From the IMG/VR virus record IMGVR_UViG_3300032288_001234, positions 1 to 42,347 of that record: DNA of 42,347 bases; one strand, given 5' to 3'. Shown piece after piece: positions 1 to 8,395 of this stretch. Source of the DNA: a virus. Lineage: Duplodnaviria; Caudoviricetes. The notes under the pieces were generated by a model. That model was not told where the DNA came from and ran no database searches. It saw only the letters and a list, made by a program, of their open reading frames with translations. The number at the start of each line of letters is the position of its first letter. Position 1 is the first letter of the stretch. Both the position numbers and the translations under genes were made by a program.

Positions 1-123
1 CAGCCGGCCATCGTCTAACGCAATGATGCACAGGCGATCGAGTACTTGCTCCGGTGCCTGCTGCTGGCCTGAGACGTAGTAGAGCCACCCATCGAAGGTT
101 GTTTGTACCAGGCGAACTTGCAG
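1..123. repeat. 123-bp direct terminal overlap, left copy (assembly circularisation)
   Basis: 1-123 is identical to 42225-42347, and an ORF reads in frame across the junction. Confidence 0.95.
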
Positions 124-513
124 CGCAAAGCTGCCAACAGGGACATCTGGCGGTGCAATGGCGCTGTCATGCGTGCCTTTTGGCAGCAGTGTGACCACCG
201 ACCCTTGGCCGATGTATCCCGCGATAGGCACCTTGCGCACATCGTCGAGCACTTCAATTCCAGCCTGGCGCATGACCTCAGTCACCGGCACCAGCAGAAC
301 ATCGGCGATGGCTTTGGCTTCGTCCATGCTCATGCGCCGGGTGCCCGATAGCATGTAAGAGATCGCAGCAGGGTCTACGCCGATGCGCTTGGCCAGTGCT
401 CGCTGAGAAACCTTATGTCGAACAAGCTGTTCTTTGAACCACGCCTTGTTGATAATTTCACCCTGTGTTGTTGAGTTGGCATTTCCAATTACATATTGAG
501 GCAAACGCAACAT
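1..513 (-). CDS. CI-like XRE HTH repressor, N-terminal part (continues 42224->42093; ~214 aa, start uncertain)
   Basis: Manual translation, absent from the ORF track: ...INKAWFKEQLVRHKVSQRALAKRIGVDPAAISYMLSGTRRMSMDEAKAIADVL... is an XRE HTH; divergent from the Cro-like gene. Confidence 0.85.
   Translation of the reverse strand, partial: MLRLPQYVIGNANSTTQGEIINKAWFKEQLVRHKVSQRALAKRIGVDPAAISYMLSGTRRMSMDEAKAIADVLLVPVTEVMRQAGIEVLDDVRKVPIAGYIGQGSVVTLLPKGTHDSAIAPPDVPVGSFALQVRLVQTTFDGWLYYVSGQQQAPEQVLDRLCIIALDDGRL
494..512. promoter_or_regulatory. Putative 19-bp operator
   Basis: TATTGAGGCAAACGCAACA resembles the near-palindrome at 42001-42019; lies at the repressor 5' end. Confidence 0.55.
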
Positions 514-613
514 GGAGTCAACGACCGTTATAATCATTTTTATGCGCGACAACGAGTTGAAAAATAAAACGATTTTATTAAATAAGTGACCGGAAGTAAC
601 TTTTTGAGGAAAG

Positions 614-651
614 TGATGAGAATGTCTAAACATGATGCGCAACCCGCAACC
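614..651. promoter_or_regulatory. Two abutting putative 19-bp operators over the cro start
   Basis: TGATGAGAATGTCTAAACA (614-632) + TGATGCGCAACCCGCAACC (633-651). Confidence 0.55.
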
Positions 652-864
652 AACATTGTTATGCAGTTGGGGGGCTGTCGAAGCGTTGCCAGGCTGGTGG
701 GTGTGAGTCCATCAGCGGTGTCGCGCTGGTGTACGCCGACCGCGTTAGGTGGCACGGGCGGGCGCATTCCGCAGAAGTGGTGGAAGCAAGTGATTTCCGC
801 TGGCAAAGACCGCGGTGTACTCATTGATGCAAAACAACTTTCTGGTTTGTCGGTGATTGGTTGA
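616..864 (+). CDS. Cro-like HTH regulator
   Basis: LGGCRSVARLVGVSPSAVSRW HTH; GAGGA RBS at 606-610; divergent from the repressor. Confidence 0.8.
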   Translation: MRMSKHDAQPATNIVMQLGGCRSVARLVGVSPSAVSRWCTPTALGGTGGRIPQKWWKQVISAGKDRGVLIDAKQLSGLSVIG

Positions 865-899
865 TGCGAGGAAAGTATCACGGTGAGATAATCACAACG
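862..899. promoter_or_regulatory. Two abutting putative 19-bp operators upstream of the primase leader
   Basis: TGATGCGAGGAAAGTATCA (862-880) + CGGTGAGATAATCACAACG (881-899, 16/19 identical to 42001-42019). Confidence 0.6.
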
Positions 900-1011
900 C
901 CAGCACCGATGACCTTGTCTAGCTAACGAGGTTTTCATCGACTCCCCTGTCCCGAATATCGGTGCTGGCATCTTCATGGACAGGGCAAAAAAACAACAAT
1001 GGGATAGGGGA
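899..1011 (+). ncRNA. Putative structured cis-regulatory RNA leader of the primase gene
   Basis: Perfect 12-bp inverted repeat 899-910/958-969; loop segment TCCCCTGTCCC (943-953) is complementary to both 978-985 and the RBS/start 1001-1011. Confidence 0.5.
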
Positions 1012-2897
1012 TGCATCAGTTCGCAGAAAATATTGCCCGTCATTTGGGGGGCGCATCTAAATCAGGCGACAACTGGTCGTGCCGGTGCCCGGCTCACGAC
1101 GACAAGCGCGCCTCACTTTCGATCACAGAGAAGCAGGACGGCAAGCTGCTAGTCCATTGCCACGCGGGCTGCGAACAGGCTCTGGTGATTGCGGAATTAA
1201 AAGCACTCGGCCTGTGGTCTTCTGCAAAAGTTACACCCGACGCTCTGCCGCCGCCGCTTGTACAGATCAGCCTGGGTGCCGGTAAGGGCCAGATCTCGGC
1301 GACCTACGATTACGTCAGTGAGGACGGCGAGCTGCTCTACCAGGCCGTGCGATACGAGCCGAAAGACTTCAGGCAGCGCGCGCCCAATGGTGCCGGCGGC
1401 TGGACCTGGTCGATCAAGGGCGTGCAGCGCACGCTCTACAGGCTGCCCGAAGTTCTTGCCGCAGTCGCAGAAGGCCGCACGGTCTACATCTGCGAGGGCG
1501 AGAAGGACGTTGAAGCAGCTCGAGCACTGGGCCTAGTGGCCACCTGCAATGCGATGGGGGCCGACAACGGCACCGGCAATAAGTGGCTGCCGGAGTTCGG
1601 GAAAATTCTGATGGGTGCTGATGTCGTGGTGATTCCTGACCAGGACGACCCCGGCATTCGGCACGCGGAATGGGTGATCAGCACTCTGCAAGGCAAGGCA
1701 AAGAGCGTCAGAGTATCCAGCCCAGCGTCAGGCAAAGATTTGTCAGACTGGATTGACGCTGGCGCGACCGTGGCCGACATCGAGGCTGAAGCGGTAGATG
1801 CGTTTGAGTTGTCGCCGGGCAACGATATTTCTCTTGCCGTGGAGAAAAAACCGGCGCTATTCGTTGACGTTGGCGACCTGATTGACAACCTCAAACCGAT
1901 CGACTGGCTGGTCGAGGACTACATCGAGAAGGATTCCCTGTCCCTGATCTTCTCGCCGCCATCGTCGGGCAAGTCATTCATCCTGGTGGACATCGCCTGC
2001 TGCGTGGCGACCGGTACGCCCTGGCATGGCAGGCCGGTGCAGCAGGGCCCGGTGTTCTACATCGCAGGCGAGGGTCACAACGGCATGGCCAGGCGATTCG
2101 CAGCCTGGCAAAAGCATCACGGCGTCAGTCTCAAGGGCGCTGGCATCTACAAGTCTCAGCGGGCGATCAGCATCTACAGCGAGGACGCAGCCCGCGATCT
2201 GTATGAGACGGTCAAGGAAATGAGCGAGGTTCATGGCGTCCTGCCAGCGATCGTGGTGATCGATACCTTGGCGCGAAACTTTGGCGAGGGTGATGAGAAT
2301 TCCACAGAGGATATGGGAAAGTTCATCAGTCACATCGACACGTTCATCCGCGGCCCGTTCGGCTGCAACGTGATGACGGCACACCACAGCGGCCACGGCA
2401 TGGACCGGGCGCGTGGCTCCAGCTCGCTCAAGGCGGCGCTTGATTCCGAGTACCAGGTAGTCAAGGAAGGGCCGGTCCTGCAATTCATCCCGACCAAGAT
2501 GAAGGACGCCGAGCTGCCGCCGGAGCTGACATTCCGGCTGACCATGGTTGACCTGGGTGAGATCGAGGGCAAGCCAATGAACAGCGCCATCCTTGCACCG
2601 CAGGAAGACGCGCTCGACTTCAAGGTCGGCACCAATTCAGCAGGCGAGGGCATCAGCGCCAAGTCGGTGGTCGAGATCATCCAGCGCGGCTGGGTGCCGC
2701 TGGCGCAGTTGAAAGATGCGCTGAACTGTACCAAGCCAACGGCCCAGCGGGCGGTGGCCAAGTGCGCAGAGCGCGGCTTACTCGAGAAGGAAGGGCAGGG
2801 CTACAAGCTCACCGAGAAGTCGATCGGGGCGCTGTCGATGACCGGGCACAAGCTGCTCGAGCTGGACAAACCAAAGTGGAAACGCGGCGACAACTAG
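1011..2897 (+). CDS. Primase-helicase (Zn finger, TOPRIM, AAA_25/RepA-like helicase, C-terminal wHTH)
   Basis: CPAHDD..CHAGC Zn finger; EGEKD and DQDDPG TOPRIM motifs; SPPSSGKS Walker A; VVIDTL Walker B; RARGSS. Confidence 0.9.
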   Translation: MHQFAENIARHLGGASKSGDNWSCRCPAHDDKRASLSITEKQDGKLLVHCHAGCEQALVIAELKALGLWSSAKVTPDALPPPLVQISLGAGKGQISATYDYVSEDGELLYQAVRYEPKDFRQRAPNGAGGWTWSIKGVQRTLYRLPEVLAAVAEGRTVYICEGEKDVEAARALGLVATCNAMGADNGTGNKWLPEFGKILMGADVVVIPDQDDPGIRHAEWVISTLQGKAKSVRVSSPASGKDLSDWIDAGATVADIEAEAVDAFELSPGNDISLAVEKKPALFVDVGDLIDNLKPIDWLVEDYIEKDSLSLIFSPPSSGKSFILVDIACCVATGTPWHGRPVQQGPVFYIAGEGHNGMARRFAAWQKHHGVSLKGAGIYKSQRAISIYSEDAARDLYETVKEMSEVHGVLPAIVVIDTLARNFGEGDENSTEDMGKFISHIDTFIRGPFGCNVMTAHHSGHGMDRARGSSSLKAALDSEYQVVKEGPVLQFIPTKMKDAELPPELTFRLTMVDLGEIEGKPMNSAILAPQEDALDFKVGTNSAGEGISAKSVVEIIQRGWVPLAQLKDALNCTKPTAQRAVAKCAERGLLEKEGQGYKLTEKSIGALSMTGHKLLELDKPKWKRGDN

Positions 2898-2906
2898 GAA
2901 AGTTGC

Positions 2907-3089
2907 TGTATCAATAACCATGATACGGTGCCATTTTGATAAGTATCAGAGGGTGTGATACGAGTTGATACGATGCCTGAAAACCCGCATGAATACTGGG
3001 TTTTTGCGTATCAGTGTTATTGATACGACATGATACGACCATCGTATCACCGTATCATCATCTATATAGATGATACGGGTAGTGATACG
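2907..3089. repeat. Iteron-like TGATAC(G) array, putative replication origin
   Basis: TGATACG at 2921, 2956, 2966, 3021, 3031, 3071, 3083; inverted CGTATCA at 3007, 3043, 3051; GTATCA at 2908, 2943; palindrome around TCTATATAGA; directly after the primase-helicase. Confidence 0.75.
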
Positions 3090-3120
3090 GGGTCTGATTC
3101 GAAGCAAACGAAAGGGAAGC

Positions 3121-3486
3121 ATGATCAATCTGACAATGCCGTATCCACCTTCTGGCAATCACATGTGGAAGCATGCCGGGGGCAAGCATTACCTGACTGC
3201 CACGGCCAAGGGGTACTACAACGAGGTTGCTTGGCGGGTCCGGGAACAGGGCAAGGTCGTCAACCTGGATATGCCGATAAAAGTTCACTGCGAGCTGTTC
3301 CCGCCGGACAAGCGAAAGCGCGACATGGACAATGCATGGAAGGTCGTGGCCGATTCGTTGACCAAGGCCGGGGTGTGGCAAGACGACAGCTTGATCAGGA
3401 GCCTGCACCTGGAATGGGGAGCCGTACAGAAGGGCGGCTTGATTCGGGTTTTGATTCAACCACATGTTGAGAAAACAGTATCATGA
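3121..3486 (+). CDS. rusA: RusA-family Holliday junction resolvase
   Basis: PYPPSGNHMW and PPDKRKRDMDNAWKVVADSL..GVWQDDS motifs; AAAGGGA RBS before ATG 3121. Confidence 0.9.
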   Translation: MINLTMPYPPSGNHMWKHAGGKHYLTATAKGYYNEVAWRVREQGKVVNLDMPIKVHCELFPPDKRKRDMDNAWKVVADSLTKAGVWQDDSLIRSLHLEWGAVQKGGLIRVLIQPHVEKTVS

Positions 3487-3502
3487 CGACGATTTCACAA
3501 CA
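3465..3502. promoter_or_regulatory. Two abutting degenerate operator-like sites over the start of the HTH gene
   Basis: TGTTGAGAAAACAGTATCA + TGACGACGATTTCACAACA; each has one good half-site. Confidence 0.35.
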
Positions 3503-3767
3503 CGGCTCTGGCATGAAGCGGATCTACGTCGTCAACGAAAACGGCAGGCGCATCGGTGAATCACACCAGGCCGCCCGTTTGAGCGACGAACAAGTCGATC
3601 GCATTCGCGACTTGCACGAAGACCACGGCCTGTCATACCTCCAGCTCGCCAAGATGTACTACGTTTCCAAGCAGACCATCGCATCGATCTGTCAGTACCA
3701 GCGCAGAGCACAGACCCCGTTCGGTTTCAAAACTTTGATTGTCGAGGACGACGATGGCGAAGTTTGA
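3483..3767 (+). CDS. HTH DNA-binding protein, candidate late-gene activator
   Basis: LSDEQVDRIRDLHEDHGLSYLQLAKMYYVSKQTIASI HTH; sits at the early/late boundary. Confidence 0.65.
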   Translation: MTTISQHGSGMKRIYVVNENGRRIGESHQAARLSDEQVDRIRDLHEDHGLSYLQLAKMYYVSKQTIASICQYQRRAQTPFGFKTLIVEDDDGEV

Positions 3768-4173
3768 ACTTGTCGATGTGGAATCAAACACAATTAAACG
3801 ACCGCTGACGCCAAAGCAGGACATGTTCGTGCGCGAGTACCTGATCGACCTGAATGCAACCCAGGCGGCCATTCGTGCAGGCTACAGTGCCAAGAATGCA
3901 GACAAGATTGGATCTGAGCTGCTAGGGAAAACTGGAGTCAGAGCAGCAGTCCAGGCTGGGATGAATAAGCGTGCCGAAAAGGCAACCATTACCGCGGAAG
4001 AAGTGCTGGCCAACATCAAGCGCCTGGCACAGAAGGCCGAGGACATGGACGACAACGGCAATGCGTTGCGCGCCAATGAGCTGCTGGGCAAGCACCTGAA
4101 GCTGTTCACCGATCGGCTCGAGCAGTCGGGCAATATCAACCTGACCGTGAGCACCGGCATTGAGCGCGGGTAG
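3754..4173 (+). CDS. terS: Terminase small subunit
   Basis: LTPKQDMFVREYLIDLNATQAAIRAGYS and ANELLGKHLKLFTD (Terminase_2-type motifs). Confidence 0.92.
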   Translation: MAKFELVDVESNTIKRPLTPKQDMFVREYLIDLNATQAAIRAGYSAKNADKIGSELLGKTGVRAAVQAGMNKRAEKATITAEEVLANIKRLAQKAEDMDDNGNALRANELLGKHLKLFTDRLEQSGNINLTVSTGIERG

Positions 4174-5482
4174 CAAGCATGTCAGCCTGGGCTATTTCCC
4201 ACGCGACTGGCAGCGCCAGTGTCACCGGCAACGCAAACGATTCACCGTACTGGCCCTGCACCGACGCGCCGGCAAAACCGAGTTGGCCATCATGGAGCTG
4301 CTCGACTGCGCGCTGCTGTTCAAGCAGGACCTGGGACTGTTTTTCTACGTCGCTCCATTCCTCAAGCAAGCCAAGGCGATCGCCTGGGCGCGACTGAAAG
4401 CCCGCGTCGAACCACTGCGACAGCACGGTGCCTGCGAGGTGAATGAGTCCGAGCTGTCGGTCACGTTCAAGCACAACGGCGCAGTGATCAGGATCTTCGG
4501 CGCGGATAACCCCGACGCCATGCGAGGCGTGCGCCTGGACGGCTGCGTCATCGACGAGGTGGCCCAGATCAAGCCGGAGGTGTGGAACGACACGCTCCAG
4601 CCGGCGCTCTCCGACCGCAAGGGCTGGGCACTGTTCATCGGCACGCCCCAGGGAGTGAACCTGTTCTCCGAGCTGTATTTCAAAGCCGGCAGCCTGCCTG
4701 ACTGGCACAGCGCCAAGTACACGGTGTACGACACCAACTCGATCGACCCGGTCGAGGTCGAGCGACTGCGCCGCGACATGGCCGAGACATCGTTCGCACG
4801 CGAGTATCTGTGCGACTTCAGCGCCGCGGGCGATGACCAGCTCATCAGCCTGTCCGACGTTGAGATGGCAGCGCAGCGTGTCGTGACCGAGAAAGATGTG
4901 TCGCATGCAGCGCGCATCCTGGGCGTGGACCCTGCTCGATTTGGCGACGATCGCAGCGTGATCTTTGCCCGTCAGGGCCTGGCTTCGTTCGACCCGCAGG
5001 TCTTCCGCGGCATTGACAACATGGACCTGGCTTCACGCGTGGCAGCCAAGATCGATGAATGGAAGCCCGATGCCACCTTCATCGACGCCGGCAACGGGTC
5101 AGGCGTCATCGATCGCCTGCGCCAGCTTGGCTACGATGTGGTCGAGGTCCACTTTGGTGGCCGCGCCACGCAACCGCAGTACCTGAACAAGCGCGCCGAG
5201 ATGTGGTTCGAGCTGCGTGAGTGGATCAAGCTGGGTGGTGCGATCCCCAACATCGTCGATCTCAAGCAGGACCTGGCTGCCCCGGTCTACTGGTTCGACA
5301 GCGCAGGCCGGCTACAGCTCGAGCCCAAGGACGACATCAAGAAGCGCGGCCTGCCATCACCCGACCTGGGTGACGCCCTGGCGCTCACCTTTGCCCAGCC
5401 GGTCGCCAAGAAGGAATGGATCGACCAGTTCCGTCAACCCGCAAAACCACAAGCCTATGACCCCTACGAACACATGCGATGA
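4160..5482 (+). CDS. terL: Terminase large subunit
   Basis: HRRAGKT Walker A; VIDE Walker B; IGTP; GVDPARFGDDRS and SPDLGDAL nuclease motifs. Confidence 0.95.
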   Translation: MSAGSKHVSLGYFPRDWQRQCHRQRKRFTVLALHRRAGKTELAIMELLDCALLFKQDLGLFFYVAPFLKQAKAIAWARLKARVEPLRQHGACEVNESELSVTFKHNGAVIRIFGADNPDAMRGVRLDGCVIDEVAQIKPEVWNDTLQPALSDRKGWALFIGTPQGVNLFSELYFKAGSLPDWHSAKYTVYDTNSIDPVEVERLRRDMAETSFAREYLCDFSAAGDDQLISLSDVEMAAQRVVTEKDVSHAARILGVDPARFGDDRSVIFARQGLASFDPQVFRGIDNMDLASRVAAKIDEWKPDATFIDAGNGSGVIDRLRQLGYDVVEVHFGGRATQPQYLNKRAEMWFELREWIKLGGAIPNIVDLKQDLAAPVYWFDSAGRLQLEPKDDIKKRGLPSPDLGDALALTFAQPVAKKEWIDQFRQPAKPQAYDPYEHMR

Positions 5483-5483
5483 G

Positions 5484-5515
5484 GTACGCGTGAGCGACCA
5501 GCCGGACAATAGTAT
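5484..5515 (+). promoter_or_regulatory. Putative late promoter, copy 1
   Basis: GTACGCGTGA-N16-TAGTAT immediately after the terL stop. Confidence 0.65.
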
Positions 5516-5978
5516 CGCCACAAACGAGGTGCAGTTAGCCTTCCAAGCGATCAAGGATGCGACTCCAGCAGAGGTGCGCGAGCGAATCGAGCAGTTTGAG
5601 CTGGCCTGCAAGGCGATGCCGCAGGTTGAGCTGGAGGTCAAACATTACTTTGCCAATGGGCTGTACATGCGAGAGCTGTTCATCCCGGCGGGAACGACTG
5701 GAACCGGTGCTGTCCACCTGCATGAGCACATCAGCATGATCGTGTCGGGCGACATTACCGTCATGTCAGAACACGGCAACGTGCGCATCAAGGGTCCAAC
5801 GATCCGAGTGATGAAGCCAGGCACCAAGCATGTGGCCTTTGCGCATGAGGATACGGTCTGGGTCACAGCGCATGCGACCGATGCCAAGACGGTCGAGGAA
5901 GCAGAAGCCAGGCTGGTTGTGGCGAATTACGAAGGGCTGCCTTACAACGGGCAGCACAAGCTATTGAAAGGGAACTGA
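5490..5978 (+). CDS. Cupin-fold protein (start uncertain: GTG 5490, GTG 5529 or ATG 5616)
   Basis: HYFANGLYMRELFIPAG..GAVHLHEH..SGDITV..PGTKH..AHEDTVWVTAH cupin pattern. Confidence 0.75.
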   Translation: MSDQPDNSIATNEVQLAFQAIKDATPAEVRERIEQFELACKAMPQVELEVKHYFANGLYMRELFIPAGTTGTGAVHLHEHISMIVSGDITVMSEHGNVRIKGPTIRVMKPGTKHVAFAHEDTVWVTAHATDAKTVEEAEARLVVANYEGLPYNGQHKLLKGN

Positions 5979-5979
5979 C

Positions 5980-6288
5980 ATGTCATTCGCAATCACCGCA
6001 GTAACCGTTGCAGCAATCGGCACAGGTTATTCGATCTATAACGGCGAGCGCATGGCCGACATGCAACAGAAAGCGCAAAAAGAAGCAAAGCTTGCAGCCG
6101 AAGAGCAGAAGAAGCAGTCCGACATTGCCAACAATAAGGCCAACGCAAAGAAGGCCGATGTTGCTGGCCTGCTTGCGCAAAACCAGCAGCAGGGACAAGG
6201 CGGCGGTGGAAGCACAATGTTGACCGGACCGTCGGGCGTGGACATGGGTTCGCTCAACCTGGGCAGAAACACTCTCTTGGGCGCATAA
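5980..6288 (+). CDS. Small virion-associated protein upstream of portal
   Basis: Hydrophobic N-terminus, Ala/Gln coiled coil, STMLTG..LGRNTLLG C-terminus typical of this position in BPP-1-like podoviruses. Confidence 0.7.
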   Translation: MSFAITAVTVAAIGTGYSIYNGERMADMQQKAQKEAKLAAEEQKKQSDIANNKANAKKADVAGLLAQNQQQGQGGGGSTMLTGPSGVDMGSLNLGRNTLLGA

Positions 6289-6289
6289 C

Positions 6290-8023
6290 ATGTCAGAGTT
6301 CACCAGCGACGCACAGAGCAATCCTAAGTCACCCACGCGTGACAAGCTGTACACGCGCTGGGGGCAGTTAAAGACCGAGCGCGCAACTTGGTATCCGCAC
6401 TGGAAAGAACTGTCTGATTATCTGCTGCCGCGCAGCGGGCGCTTCTTTATCCAGGACCGCGACCGCGGTCAGCGTCGTCACAACTCGATCTATGACAACA
6501 CTGGCACCAGGGCGTTGCGCATTTTGGGCGCAGGCATGATGTCTGGTGCGACTTCACCAGCCAGGCCCTGGTTCCGGCTGACGATCGCTGACCCAGACCT
6601 GGCGCAGTATGGTCCGGTCAAGCAGTGGCTGGCCGATGTGACCAACCTGATGCTGGCTATCTTCCAGAAGTCCAACACCTATCGCAGCCTGCACTCGATC
6701 TACGAAGAGCTAGGCTGCTTTGGCACGGGCGTGTCGGTGGTAATGCCTGACTTCAAGAACGTGATCCATCACCAGACCCTGACCTGCGGCGAGTACGCGA
6801 TTGCGACCGACTACCGCGGCCAAGTCAACACGATGTACCGCGAGTTTCAGCAGCCGGTGCATGCGATCGTGCAAGAGTTTGGCTACGAGAATTGCAGCAA
6901 CACGGTCAAGAACATGTGGGACCGCGGCACGCTCGACACCTGGGTGACGCTGGTGCATTGCATCGAGCCTCGAGCAGACCGCGAGCGCGACCTGAAGAAG
7001 CGTGACGCCAAGAACATGCCCTGGCGCTCCTGCTACTTCGAGCTGAATGCCGAACCGAACAAGTACCTGCGCGAGTCTGGCTTCAAAGAATTCCCCGTCC
7101 TGGCCCCGCGCTGGGCAGTAGCCGGTGGCGACATATACGGCAACTCGCCTGGCATGGAGGCACTGGGCGATGTGAAGCAGTTGCAGCACGAACAGTTGAG
7201 AAAAGCGCAAGGCATTGACTACAAGACATTGCCGCCGCTCCAGGTTCCGACCAGCATGAAGAACCGCGATGTGGACCGCATGCCGGGTGGCATCAGCTAC
7301 TACGATGCGACCACCCAGGGCGGTGGCATCCGCTCCGCGTTTGAGGTGAACCTGGATCTGTCGCATCTGCTGGCTGACATCCAGGATGTGCGCGAGCGGA
7401 TCAAGGGTTCGTTCTACGCCGATCTGTTCCTGATGCTGGCCAACAGCACCAACTCGAGCATGACAGCGACCGAAGTGGCAGAGCGCCATGAAGAAAAGCT
7501 GCTGATGCTGGGTCCGGTGCTTGAGCGACTGCACAACGAGCTGCTCGACCCCATGATCGAGATGACCTTCTCGCGCATGGTCGAGGCCGGCGTGGTGCCA
7601 CCACCACCCGAAGAGCTGCAAGGCATGGACATCAGCGTCGAGTTCGTATCGATGCTGGCCCAGGCGCAACGTGCGATTGCAACCAATGGCATTGACCGAT
7701 TTGTCGGCAACCTGGGCGCAGTCGCAGGCTTCAAGCCCGATGTGCTCGACAAGTTCAACTCAGATGAGTGGGCCGATGCGTACAGCGACATGCTGGGCGT
7801 TGACCCCAAGCTGATCATCCCTAATGACAAGGTCGCCATCATCCGTCAACAGCGCGCCCAGGCGCAGGCTGCTCAGGCGCAGATGGCATCGATGCAGCAA
7901 GCCGCAGCAACGTCTAAAGATTTGGCTCAGGCGCAGACCGGACCTGCTGCCGGCGACAACGCGCTGACTGACATCACGAACATGTTCTCGGGCTACGGTA
8001 GCCCTTCACCACTCGAGGTTTAA
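6290..8023 (+). CDS. Portal (head-tail connector), T7 gp8/Bbp21 family
   Basis: SPARPWF, YGNSPGMEALGDVKQLQ and MTATEVAERHEEKLLMLGPV motifs. Confidence 0.95.
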   Translation: MSEFTSDAQSNPKSPTRDKLYTRWGQLKTERATWYPHWKELSDYLLPRSGRFFIQDRDRGQRRHNSIYDNTGTRALRILGAGMMSGATSPARPWFRLTIADPDLAQYGPVKQWLADVTNLMLAIFQKSNTYRSLHSIYEELGCFGTGVSVVMPDFKNVIHHQTLTCGEYAIATDYRGQVNTMYREFQQPVHAIVQEFGYENCSNTVKNMWDRGTLDTWVTLVHCIEPRADRERDLKKRDAKNMPWRSCYFELNAEPNKYLRESGFKEFPVLAPRWAVAGGDIYGNSPGMEALGDVKQLQHEQLRKAQGIDYKTLPPLQVPTSMKNRDVDRMPGGISYYDATTQGGGIRSAFEVNLDLSHLLADIQDVRERIKGSFYADLFLMLANSTNSSMTATEVAERHEEKLLMLGPVLERLHNELLDPMIEMTFSRMVEAGVVPPPPEELQGMDISVEFVSMLAQAQRAIATNGIDRFVGNLGAVAGFKPDVLDKFNSDEWADAYSDMLGVDPKLIIPNDKVAIIRQQRAQAQAAQAQMASMQQAAATSKDLAQAQTGPAAGDNALTDITNMFSGYGSPSPLEV

Positions 8024-8026
8024 ACC

Positions 8027-8353
8027 ATGGCAATGATCAGTTTGAAGAAGGTCGATGAGCACCGCGAAATGGAAGTCTACAAAGAGCCGGAGTACGGCTA
8101 CGGCACCACGATCGACCTGGATGGTGAGACGGTCGAGGCGCTGGGTCTAAACGGCGGCTTAGCTGCCGGTCAGAAGGTCACGATCCAAGCGGTGGGCATC
8201 GTTATCCGTCGCAGCGAAGAGCTGGAAGCAGGCGACGACTCAGGCGGCAAGGACACCAACGTGTGCATTCAGCTCACCGACATCGATGTTAAGCAGAGCG
8301 GTGCAGCCAATGCAGCTAAGGCAGCGACCATGCTGTACGGCGACGACGAGTAA
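8027..8353 (+). CDS. Acidic head-associated protein
   Basis: YGYGTTIDLD motif; located between portal and Bbp19-like gene. Confidence 0.65.
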   Translation: MAMISLKKVDEHREMEVYKEPEYGYGTTIDLDGETVEALGLNGGLAAGQKVTIQAVGIVIRRSEELEAGDDSGGKDTNVCIQLTDIDVKQSGAANAAKAATMLYGDDE

Positions 8354-8357
8354 GCCG

Positions 8358-8389
8358 GTACGCGTGAGCGCCTTGGGCAACTTTACATT
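8358..8389 (+). promoter_or_regulatory. Putative late promoter, copy 2
   Basis: GTACGCGTGA-N16-TACATT, intergenic. Confidence 0.7.
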
Positions 8390-8395
8390 TCAACC

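Noticed and set aside
1-123. Biological direct terminal repeat of the virion DNA
   Set aside because: The repeat falls in the middle of the repressor ORF, which reads through the junction; this fits an assembler overlap
2907-3089. CRISPR array, or the ORFs 2946-3158, 3030-3470 and 3058-3465
   Set aside because: Repeats are 6-7 bp, irregularly spaced and in both orientations; the ORFs overlap the origin or rusA and have no recognisable motifs
5217-5489. N-terminal extension of the cupin ORF overlapping terL
   Set aside because: S/R/T-rich off-frame sequence inside terL; a start at or after 5490 is more plausible
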